Shown here: positions 8,166 through 15,809 of the stretch, one piece after another
How the letters are laid out: the number at the start of each line of letters is the position of its first letter
Position numbering within the stretch: position 1 is the first letter of the stretch
Assembly (NCBI GenBank): GCA_041739955.1
Contig: JBGSMU010000062.1
Location: forward strand, 1-47,012
DNA length: 47,012 nucleotides
DNA from: Gallionella sp.
Lineage (GTDB): Bacteria > Pseudomonadota > Gammaproteobacteria > Burkholderiales > Gallionellaceae
Reading direction: 5' to 3'
Program-made: the position numbers and the translations under genes
Notes under the pieces: model-generated
Databases searched by the model: none
What the model was told of the DNA's origin: nothing
What the model saw: only the letters and a program-made list of their open reading frames with translations

Positions 8166-9791
8166 ATGCCTTTAACTCCTGAAATGCGCCAGTCCATCGA
8201 GCAGATACGCAACTACCTTTACGGTGGCGGCTACCCTGATCCGATGAGCAATGCCGAACAACTTTCCTTCCTGTTTTTCTTCTACCTCATCGAAGGTATT
8301 GATGCCGAGAACACCATGAAGGCCAAGGTGATGAAGCAGAAATACGAATCTTTGTTCGCTGGGGAATGGACATTGCGCAACCCGCTCAATGCGCCAGAGG
8401 CCAATGCCACGACCATCGACAAATCTCGTTTCAAGTGGTCAGTGTGGGCCAAGGGCTTGAGCGGCGAAGCACTGGTGCGCTTTGTACGCGATGAAGTATT
8501 CCCGTTCTTTGCGGAAGTGGCAGAGCGTTCCGCTTTCAACTTTATGAATGGTGCGCGTCTCACTATTGATGAACCGACCGTATTGAGCCAAGTGGTTAAT
8601 CTGGTGGATGGATTGCACCTCGATCAATCGGATGCCGACACCAAAGGCGACTTGTTCGAGCATGTGTTACGCCAGATTAAACAGGCGGGTGAACTCGGCC
8701 AGTTCCGCACGCCGCGTCACGTCATTCGCGCCATCGTGGACATGCTTGATCCCAAGATTGGCGAAACGATTTATGACCCGGCAGCAGGTACGGCAGGATT
8801 TTTAGCGGCGGCATTCAATCATATTCGCTTAACCAATTCATCACCGAGCGGAATCAGCGAAACCGAAGTCGAAGGCAAGCTGCAAAAGCGTGGCATTGGC
8901 GACAAGCTATCAGCCGCCCAAGTTTCCGTGCTGCAAAACAGCACCTTCTACGGCAATGACGTTGACCCCAAGATGGTGCGCCTCGCCACCATGAACCTCA
9001 CCCTGCGCGGTCTGCCCAATGTGCGTATCCAACTGCGCAATGGCTTGACCACTACACAAGACAACGAACGCAAAGCTGAATTGGGTTTGCCGCTTGAGGG
9101 CTATCACGTTGTGCTGGCGAATCCGCCGTTCTCAGGCCGCGTGGATAAAGACCGCATCGTGGACGAAGTGAAGGTAGGCACCAGCACTTCCACCGAAATC
9201 TTGTTCTTGAAATACATGATGGATTGTTTGCGACCCGGTGGTCGTTGCGGCGTCATCATTCCCGAAGGGGTGCTGTTCGGTTCAACAGGTGCGCACAAGG
9301 AATTGCGTCGTCAGTTGATCGAGAACAACACCGTCGAGGCGGTGATGTCATTGCCGGGTGGCGTGTTCCAGCCGTATTCCGGCGTGAAGACATCCGTTCT
9401 ATTTTTCCGCAAAGGTGGCACGACCGACAAGGTGATGTTCCTGCATGCCGATAACGACGGCTATAAGCTGGATGCCAATCACGATACGTCCATTGAGGCG
9501 GATGATCTACCGATGCTGGCTGATGCCTACCTCACCCGTAAAGAACGCTGGGCGGAATGGTCAGCGCGGGATGCCGCAGCTGAGTGGACGCAACAATGGT
9601 GGTTTGCTGACGCAGCAACTTTGCGCAGTAATGACTTCAATCTTTCTGCGGGACGTTTTCGCCCAATGAGCCAGACAGCGGCAATACATCGCGATCCGCG
9701 TGAGCTACTGGATGAACTGGCGGCGATTGAAACCGAGATTGCCGAGGAAGTGGAAGCATTGCGCACGGTGCTGGTGGAGCAGGCTGCATGA
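8166..9791 (+). CDS. hsdM: Type I R-M N6-adenine methyltransferase M subunit
   Basis: GQFRTPR, DPAAGTAGF (SAM binding), LANPPF (catalytic), IIPEGVLF. Confidence 0.95.
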   Translation: MPLTPEMRQSIEQIRNYLYGGGYPDPMSNAEQLSFLFFFYLIEGIDAENTMKAKVMKQKYESLFAGEWTLRNPLNAPEANATTIDKSRFKWSVWAKGLSGEALVRFVRDEVFPFFAEVAERSAFNFMNGARLTIDEPTVLSQVVNLVDGLHLDQSDADTKGDLFEHVLRQIKQAGELGQFRTPRHVIRAIVDMLDPKIGETIYDPAAGTAGFLAAAFNHIRLTNSSPSGISETEVEGKLQKRGIGDKLSAAQVSVLQNSTFYGNDVDPKMVRLATMNLTLRGLPNVRIQLRNGLTTTQDNERKAELGLPLEGYHVVLANPPFSGRVDKDRIVDEVKVGTSTSTEILFLKYMMDCLRPGGRCGVIIPEGVLFGSTGAHKELRRQLIENNTVEAVMSLPGGVFQPYSGVKTSVLFFRKGGTTDKVMFLHADNDGYKLDANHDTSIEADDLPMLADAYLTRKERWAEWSARDAAAEWTQQWWFADAATLRSNDFNLSAGRFRPMSQTAAIHRDPRELLDELAAIETEIAEEVEALRTVLVEQAA

Positions 9792-10912
9792 GCCAGTGGC
9801 CGACCGCTCCTCTGGGCACAGCCATTGAGTTGGCCTATGGCAAGAGCTTGCCAAAGGGTAGCCGTGTGGAAGGGGGCAGCATCCCTGTCTATGGTTCAAA
9901 TGGAATAACAGGCTGGCACGATGCGGCGGTGGTCGATGGTCCAACAGTGATTGTCGGCCGTAAAGGTAGTGCCGGGGCTGTGCAGTTCGTTGATGGCCCC
10001 TGCTTTCCGATTGATACTACCTACTATGCCTGCCAGCGTCAGGGTTTCGATTTCGACATCAAGTTCCTGTATTACCAGCTTCGACAACTCGACCTCTCTC
10101 GCTTGAAAACCGCAACTGGAGTGCCCGGTCTTACGAGGGAAGACGCTTATAGGGAGACGATTGCAGTTCCACCAATCCACGAACAACAACGCATTGTGGA
10201 CATCCTCGCCCGTGCAGAGGGCATCGTGCGGTTGCGGCGCGATGCAGATAAAAAAGCAGCCGAGTTGATCCCTGCATTATTCCTCGAAATGTTTGGTGAT
10301 CCGGCGACGAATCAGAAGGGATGGCCTGCCGCACCTCTTGGCGACCTGTGCGATGTTAAAGGTGGAGGGACTCCATCCAAGCAAAATCCAGCTTTCTGGA
10401 TTGGAGAAATTCCGTGGGTTTCACCAAAGGATATGAGTGGTGTTGAAGTTATTAAAGATGCGGAAGACCACATTTCTGTAGATGCGGTGAAAAGCAGTGC
10501 AACAAACTTGATCCCGGTGGATTCGGTTTTAATCGTTACCCGAAGCGGGGTACTCAAGCACACAATCCCTTGTGCAATTACGTCGAGAGTGGTTGCCATC
10601 AATCAGGACATAAAAGCTTTTGTGCCGCGCAAGGAAATTGCGCCGCATTTCCTTTTGTCTCAACTCCAAATTCGCGCGAAGGAAATTCTTGGTTTGGTTC
10701 GTGTTGGTGCGACTGTTCAGAACATTGAAACGGAAGCTCTGAAGCGCATGCGTTTCATTTATCCTAGCTTGGATGTGCAAGTTAAGTTTAGCGAGAAGTG
10801 TGAGCAAATTCGCTCCATCCAATCTCAACAATCCACGGCTACCACGATGGCTCAAGCAACTTTCGACGCGTTACTGTCTCAGGTGTTTGCTAAAACAAAA
10901 AATATGGGCTAG
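9788..10912 (+). CDS. hsdS: Type I R-M specificity subunit
   Basis: Two TRDs with conserved regions (PPIHEQQRIV, LFLEMFGDP, YPSLDVQ..F); ATGA overlap with hsdM. Confidence 0.95.
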   Translation: MSQWPTAPLGTAIELAYGKSLPKGSRVEGGSIPVYGSNGITGWHDAAVVDGPTVIVGRKGSAGAVQFVDGPCFPIDTTYYACQRQGFDFDIKFLYYQLRQLDLSRLKTATGVPGLTREDAYRETIAVPPIHEQQRIVDILARAEGIVRLRRDADKKAAELIPALFLEMFGDPATNQKGWPAAPLGDLCDVKGGGTPSKQNPAFWIGEIPWVSPKDMSGVEVIKDAEDHISVDAVKSSATNLIPVDSVLIVTRSGVLKHTIPCAITSRVVAINQDIKAFVPRKEIAPHFLLSQLQIRAKEILGLVRVGATVQNIETEALKRMRFIYPSLDVQVKFSEKCEQIRSIQSQQSTATTMAQATFDALLSQVFAKTKNMG

Positions 10913-10939
10913 TTTGCTCTAATAACCGGGGAGGGATTT

Positions 10940-11440
10940 ATGTGTTGGTTCAGCAGAAAAGAAAAGAGCAAACCTACGTTTGCCGTTCCCGAATGGGCAG
11001 TATCCCATCCAGCTTGGGTTCGTCTTGAGGATCAAATTGGTTGGTATGACAACAAAAGCGTCCATTGCCAGAACTGGTACAAGCGACTTAAGTTTGTTCA
11101 GATCAGTCTTGCCGTGCTGATTCCAGTATTCAGTCAACTTGATCCAGTATGTGCAAAATGGGTTGTTTCGATTGCCGGGGTGACGATTGCGATACTGGAG
11201 GGTATGCAGCATTTGAATCAATATTCGACGTTATGGTTTACTTATCGCGCCACCGCAGAGCGACTGAAACATGAGAAATATCTCTTCCTTTCCGCTGCGG
11301 GTCCGTACAAGGGGCAAGTTGATCAAGAACGCCTTGTCGCCCTTGCCGAACGGGTTGAGGAACATGTTTCAACTGAGCATGCAAACTGGTTCAATGAAAC
11401 TAGGCGTGCTGTTTCTATACAGAAGCAAGAGGGGAAGTAA
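10940..11440 (+). CDS. SLATT-family (DUF4231) two-transmembrane protein, candidate defence effector
   Basis: RLEDQIGWYDNKS, two hydrophobic helices, and W.TYRATAERLKHEKYLF signature; SD GGGAGGG. Confidence 0.85.
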   Translation: MCWFSRKEKSKPTFAVPEWAVSHPAWVRLEDQIGWYDNKSVHCQNWYKRLKFVQISLAVLIPVFSQLDPVCAKWVVSIAGVTIAILEGMQHLNQYSTLWFTYRATAERLKHEKYLFLSAAGPYKGQVDQERLVALAERVEEHVSTEHANWFNETRRAVSIQKQEGK

Positions 11441-12423
11441 TGGCAATAGCCAGACCTAAGGAAATTGACATCGGCACGGTCCGTTTGCCAACGCCAATAT
11501 TCTTTCCATCCATTTCAACCATCAAGACAGCACTATCGCCAGCGCAATATCTTGCAGCACTGCATTCTCTACGTGATTTAAATAAGCAGTTTCTGGTGTC
11601 AGCGTTTGATTTAAGTCGTTCAGGCGATGGTGATGGACTGGCGCAATGTTTAATTGCAGCCCAAGCAGCGGGTGTGACGGTGCTGATGGATTCCGGTAAC
11701 TACGAAAGCTATTGGAAAGATGAGCAGTCGGATTGGAGACAGGCAGATTTTCATGATGTACTGAAACGATTCTCCTGCTCTTTCGCTTTCGGTTTCGATG
11801 AGCAGAATCCACCGGCGGATGAAGATACTCATGTAAAACTGGTCGTCGAACGTTGGCAGCGTGATCAGAGCGCAGCCGGGAAACGAGTAATCGTGCCAAT
11901 CGTGCATGGAACAGCTGAGACCCTACCAAATTTGTGCGCACGTATCGCGCAAGAAACACAGGTGCCGATGATTGCAGTAGCTGAACGACGGCTTGGTGAT
12001 GGTGTGTTCGAGCGTACCCGGTCGGTGATATCTCTACGAGAGAAACTTGATGGCACTGGGCGCTACGTCGGTTTGCATCTTTTAGGGACGGGTAATCCAA
12101 CCTCGATTGCGCTCTACTCATGGGCAGGGGCAGATAGTTTCGATGGACTGGAATGGTGTCAGACAGCAGTCGACCATGATACTGGCCAGTTGTTTCACCT
12201 TTCACAATCAGATTTTTTTCGCAAGCAAACCGCATGGGGCGATGAAGACATCTCATTTCATTCCCGCACCTTGGCGCACAATTTGACATTTTACGCGGAC
12301 TGGATGCAACGCTTACGCCAAGCTGTTTATGACGATAACGTGATAAATTTCTGCCGCTTAAACTTCTCGCCGCGTATATTTCGCCAATGCGCAGTAGCAT
12401 TTAAATGGGAGGTAGCCGAATGA
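11440..12423 (+). CDS. tRNA-guanine transglycosylase (TGT)-fold protein, Cap10-like
   Basis: LPTPIFFP, VLMDSGNY, PIVHG, HLLGTGNP, GADSFDG, LAHNL motifs; no CxCxxC zinc site; TAATG overlap with SLATT. Confidence 0.85.
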   Translation: MAIARPKEIDIGTVRLPTPIFFPSISTIKTALSPAQYLAALHSLRDLNKQFLVSAFDLSRSGDGDGLAQCLIAAQAAGVTVLMDSGNYESYWKDEQSDWRQADFHDVLKRFSCSFAFGFDEQNPPADEDTHVKLVVERWQRDQSAAGKRVIVPIVHGTAETLPNLCARIAQETQVPMIAVAERRLGDGVFERTRSVISLREKLDGTGRYVGLHLLGTGNPTSIALYSWAGADSFDGLEWCQTAVDHDTGQLFHLSQSDFFRKQTAWGDEDISFHSRTLAHNLTFYADWMQRLRQAVYDDNVINFCRLNFSPRIFRQCAVAFKWEVAE

Positions 12424-13121
12424 ATATGACCGCTGTTGATCGGACGATTCGTGTGTTGTGTGCCGATGTTAAAAGCAGTGCTCAAAAGGTGTTGGACTGG
12501 CAATTGCACACAGAGGAAGAATTGCTACACGAGGCTTGCGTCTGCATGTTCAGTAGCCAAATGGTGTTTGAGGTTGCAGAGGCAGCAGCGCAGCGAATCA
12601 AGGATCGTGGGTTGCTTAAGGCTACGACATCAAAGGATTATGAACAACGCCTTGTGGCGGTCTTGGGCGAGCCGCTCGATTTTGAGCGGGACGGCAAAAT
12701 ACGGCATGCTCGTCCCCGCTTTAAAAATCGCTTGGCATCTCTGCTTTCTACCACAGTAAAAACGATGCGTATTCAGGGACAGTCTCTGCGGGATACCTTG
12801 TTTTCAGCCAGTTCGGCACGAGAGGCCAGAGAGCTTTTGGTTCAGCAGGTGTGGGGGTTTGGCCCAAAGCAAGCAAGCCTTTTTCTACGTCGAGTGGGCT
12901 ATTGTGCCGAGCTGGCTGTGTTAGATACACACATCCTGGATTACCTTCGCGTTGCTCGTGGCCTTGACCCAAAACCTAGCGCATTGTCGCGGCTAGAGAG
13001 CTATGAGCGTATCGAAGTTGAATTTCAAAAGGTCGCAGAGGAATTTGGCCACTCTGTCGGTTGTGTTGACCTAGCAATGTGGGTAACGATGCGCGTCGCG
13101 AAACGGGAGGCGATTTGGTGA
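12420..13121 (+). CDS. HhH N-glycosylase/DNA lyase (8-oxoguanine glycosylase OGG-like), Cap11-like
   Basis: ARELLVQQVWGFGPKQASLFLRRVG (HhH with catalytic Lys), LAVLDTHIL (catalytic Asp), C-terminal DLAMW; ATGA overlap and SD GGGAGG. Confidence 0.85.
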   Translation: MNMTAVDRTIRVLCADVKSSAQKVLDWQLHTEEELLHEACVCMFSSQMVFEVAEAAAQRIKDRGLLKATTSKDYEQRLVAVLGEPLDFERDGKIRHARPRFKNRLASLLSTTVKTMRIQGQSLRDTLFSASSAREARELLVQQVWGFGPKQASLFLRRVGYCAELAVLDTHILDYLRVARGLDPKPSALSRLESYERIEVEFQKVAEEFGHSVGCVDLAMWVTMRVAKREAIW

Positions 13122-13711
13122 GTCTGGTTAATTTGGTATCCGGCGGGCTAGATTCGACTTTGGTCGGCGTGATGGCCAGAGAAGAAGGTTTGACCGTGCA
13201 TCCGCTGTTCATTGATTACGGACAACGTGCCAGCCAGAAGGAGTGGGATACCTGCCAGCGTGTGCATTCGCAGTTGGGCTTGCCTGCCCCGACCCGAATG
13301 GATTTATCTGGATTTGGCAAGGTGATTCATTCTGGTCTGACATCTGTTGAGATGGATGTGAAAGCGGAAGCCTTTACGCCAGGTCGCAATCTGATGTTCT
13401 TGTTGATGGGTAGCGCCTATGCCTATCAGGTGGGCGCGTCCTCGGTATCGGTCGGGTTACTTGCTGAACGGTTTAGCTTGTTCCCAGATCAGCAGCCAGA
13501 ATTTATTAAACAGGCAGAACGCGCAATCGAAGCGGCGCTAGGCCGTCGAATCAAGGTTGTGACGCCGCTTGCTGAATTCAGTAAAGCTGACGTCGTCTTG
13601 CTGGCTCAGAAGAAATGGATAACGGGAACGTACTCTTGCCATATGGGGGGCAGTGAGCCTTGCGGAAAGTGCATTTCATGTCTTGAATTTGATCTTGGTG
13701 ACGGAGGATAA
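13118..13711 (+). CDS. QueC-like (7-cyano-7-deazaguanine synthase family) PP-loop ATPase, Cap9-like
   Basis: SGGLDS PP-loop, IDYGQR, PGRNLMFL, FPD, and zinc motif TYSCHMGGSEPCGKCISC. GTG start at 13118 (GTGA overlap) follows GGGAGG. Confidence 0.92.
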   Translation: MSLVNLVSGGLDSTLVGVMAREEGLTVHPLFIDYGQRASQKEWDTCQRVHSQLGLPAPTRMDLSGFGKVIHSGLTSVEMDVKAEAFTPGRNLMFLLMGSAYAYQVGASSVSVGLLAERFSLFPDQQPEFIKQAERAIEAALGRRIKVVTPLAEFSKADVVLLAQKKWITGTYSCHMGGSEPCGKCISCLEFDLGDGG

Positions 13712-13712
13712 A

Positions 13713-14213
13713 ATGGGCGGTGGATCTGGTGGTGGTATTCCAAGTGCTGACTGGGCGAGGCTTGAAGCCAAGGCAAAACAAACGCTCACAGAATCAACAA
13801 CCGATACGAGCCGACACGTATTCATCAGTTTTGCCTATGAGGATGTTGACGAGGTCAATCTGCTTCGCGGACAAGCAAAAAATGACAAAACTGATTTGCA
13901 GTTCGACGATTTTTCAGTCAAGGAAGCCTATGACAGTGAGAATGCAGACTATATCAAACGACAAATCAGGGATCGCATAGACCGTTGTTCAGTTACCGTC
14001 GTTTACCTCACAGACAATACTGCGTCGAGTAGTTGGGCGAATTGGGAAATCGAGGAAAGTCTAAAGCGCGGCAAGGGTGTGATTGGAGTCTATAAAGGTG
14101 ATAGCCAACCTGCAAAGACACCGCCAGCATTTCAGCAGAATAATTGTAAGGCAGTGAAGTGGGAGCACGCCGCTCTAATGAACGCAATTAATGATGCAAA
14201 TGCAAATCGATAA
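13713..14213 (+). CDS. TIR-domain protein (ThsB/DUF1863-like) with N-terminal Gly-rich extension
   Basis: ATG 13713 follows GGAGG, 1 nt after the QueC stop. MGGGSGGG N-terminus; RHVFISF, CSVTVVYL and SSWANWEIEES (catalytic Glu) motifs. Confidence 0.9.
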   Translation: MGGGSGGGIPSADWARLEAKAKQTLTESTTDTSRHVFISFAYEDVDEVNLLRGQAKNDKTDLQFDDFSVKEAYDSENADYIKRQIRDRIDRCSVTVVYLTDNTASSSWANWEIEESLKRGKGVIGVYKGDSQPAKTPPAFQQNNCKAVKWEHAALMNAINDANANR

Positions 14214-14232
14214 CGCTAGATAACCTAGCCTC

Positions 14233-15210
14233 ATGCCAGTTTATCTGCCCACTTATTTCTCTGCTCGCTCTGCCAAAGAAGCTATAACTGCTTGTTGGCA
14301 GATTTGTTCTACAGATGGCGTAGTTGACGTTGATGCTAGTCAGTTGATTTTTGCTGATCCGTTCGGAATGACTCTGCTGGCAGCCACATTTCATAAAGTT
14401 CGCGAACAGAATGGTGTCGTTCGTGTGCATCATCTCAACGGACAATTGAGCTGCTATTTGCAGCGCATGGATGTCTTTCAAGGTGTTGAGTTGGTTGACT
14501 GTGCTCCGACGCAAGGACAGCGGCATGATCGCGCTGATGCATTGATGGAGGTAACTCGACTTGAACGACAGGCTGATATTGGTAACGCAGCTCACCGCCT
14601 TACTACTGCATTAGTCGGGAAAATGCCCGTGGCGAATCGCGATGAGTTGCCAGATGAAATGTCTGGTTACACAGAGTCAGATCGCTTGGCCGAACCTATT
14701 CAGTACGCTCTGAATGAACTTTTGGAAAACGCGCTAACCCATGCTCGGCGTGCGTGATACATAAATGCCTGTGTGTGGTTGTCCAGTCAATACTATCCAT
14801 CGAATGGTTTGATTCGCGTGGGCGTGGTTGATAACGGTTGCGGCTTTTTGGCCACCTTGCGAGGTCATGCGGCATTACATCAGGAGACTCATTTAGCCGC
14901 CATTCTTGCTGCATTGCAACCACGCGTAAGTTGTAATCGTGATTTAGGATTGCGCTCGGATTCGGTCAATCAGGGGGTAGGTCTTACCACTACCCGCAGA
15001 ATTGCAGAAACTGCCGGGGGGCGTTTATATATTGCGAGTGGCGATGCAATTCACAGTGCTGCTTCATCTAGCCATTTGGCTGGCGGCGCATGTTGGCAAG
15101 GTGTCGCAATTGCATTGGAGTGCAAACGAAAAAAATTGCCCGAAGTTCACTATCGCGATCTACTGCCGCCAATAGATGCAAAACCTACAGTCAAGTTGCG
15201 CTTTCAATGA
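14233..15210 (+). pseudogene. STAS-like plus HATPase_c (GHKL/anti-sigma-kinase-like) protein interrupted by one in-frame TGA at 14755-14757
   Basis: ORFs 14233-14757 and 14773-15210 share a frame. The N-box ELLENALTHA precedes the stop; G1 VVDNGCGF and G2 NQGVGL follow it. Confidence 0.8.
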
Positions 15211-15269
15211 AATGCAGTTATCTTGTCAAGGCTGGCCTGCTACATCTATATGAGGTTAGTCAAAAAATT

Positions 15270-15581
15270 ATGAATACCCAAATACTTTTGAATCAACATG
15301 CACACGGCCACTTGGTCGGTTCGCGCTTGGCTGCAGCCCCGCTTCGCGAGGATTTGGAAGTGGCATTGGCGCAGCAAGGTGCGGAAGTCGTTCTGGACTT
15401 TTCAGGCATTACAGCCACTCAATCTTTTGTAGATGAGTTAGTCGGTGTGCTTGTCTTGCGCCATGGGCCGGATGTGTTGGCACGAATTATTTTCAAAGGT
15501 TGTTCGGACGATGTGCGTGCAATCATCGAGTTTGTTGCTGCCGACCGTTGCGATCAGTATCTCAAAGCACACTCGCACTAG
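15270..15581 (+). CDS. STAS-like DUF4325 family protein
   Basis: GSRLAAAPLR...VVLDFSGITATQSFVDELVG signature; usual partner of such HATPases. ATG 15270 preferred over 15090. Confidence 0.8.
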   Translation: MNTQILLNQHAHGHLVGSRLAAAPLREDLEVALAQQGAEVVLDFSGITATQSFVDELVGVLVLRHGPDVLARIIFKGCSDDVRAIIEFVAADRCDQYLKAHSH

Positions 15582-15753
15582 CCGCATTTTAATCTGCCTG
15601 ACTGAGAACATGAGTCGGTCATCGGTTCAATTCCAGATAGAGCAATTGAACCGAAGCCCACTTAAACTATCACGCGCTATTAATCACCCGCACACGCACT
15701 CATTGGCCATAACAGAAAGTTTTTCGGTGTAAAATTCACACCACCATAAAAAC

Positions 15754-15783
15754 AAAAAGCCTTGCATCTCAGCAAGGCTTTTT
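15754..15783. terminator. Bidirectional intrinsic terminator
   Basis: AAAAAGCCTTGC-ATCTCA-GCAAGGCTTTTT between convergent transcription units. Confidence 0.85.
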
Positions 15784-15809
15784 TGTAGTTCATATTTAAT
15801 ATCTTGTAG

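Larger units (their letters stand above)
1..15746. mobile_element. Integrated genomic island (phage-satellite/prophage-remnant-like) carrying defence cargo; left end and integrase lie outside the window
   Basis: DUF3987 ATPase, excisionase-like HTH, DUF3489 and DUF6900-like genes, then R-M and other defence genes. Abrupt switch to core pilus genes after a CCACCA plus terminator at 15741-15783. The right boundary is approximate. Confidence 0.75.

Noticed and set aside
11522-12400. 292-aa antisense ORF over the TGT gene
   Set aside because: Shadow ORF with no recognisable motifs, opposite a well-supported gene.
12405-12419. Alternative OGG start giving MGGSR (a second Gly-rich N-terminus)
   Set aside because: These bases form the SD (GGGAGG) for ATG 12420 and the end of the TGT gene; ATGA coupling favours 12420.
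13653-13712. Longer TIR start from the ORF track (MSLAES...)
   Set aside because: It overlaps the QueC zinc motif, whereas ATG 13713 has a well-spaced GGAGG.
10940-14213. Calling the operon canonical type IV CBASS, a Dpd DNA-modification cluster, QatABCD, or housekeeping queuosine synthesis
   Set aside because: No CD-NTase, dpdB/C/D-K, QatA ATPase/QatD TatD, or queD/queE/queF is recognisable. The TGT lacks the zinc site and the genes lie in a defence island.
14755-14757. Selenocysteine recoding of the TGA
   Set aside because: The position is not a plausible catalytic Cys, and I see no convincing SECIS-like hairpin immediately downstream.
15700-15750. Intact tRNA gene at the island boundary
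   Set aside because: No cloverleaf or TTCRA T-loop; only a CCACCA end is present.
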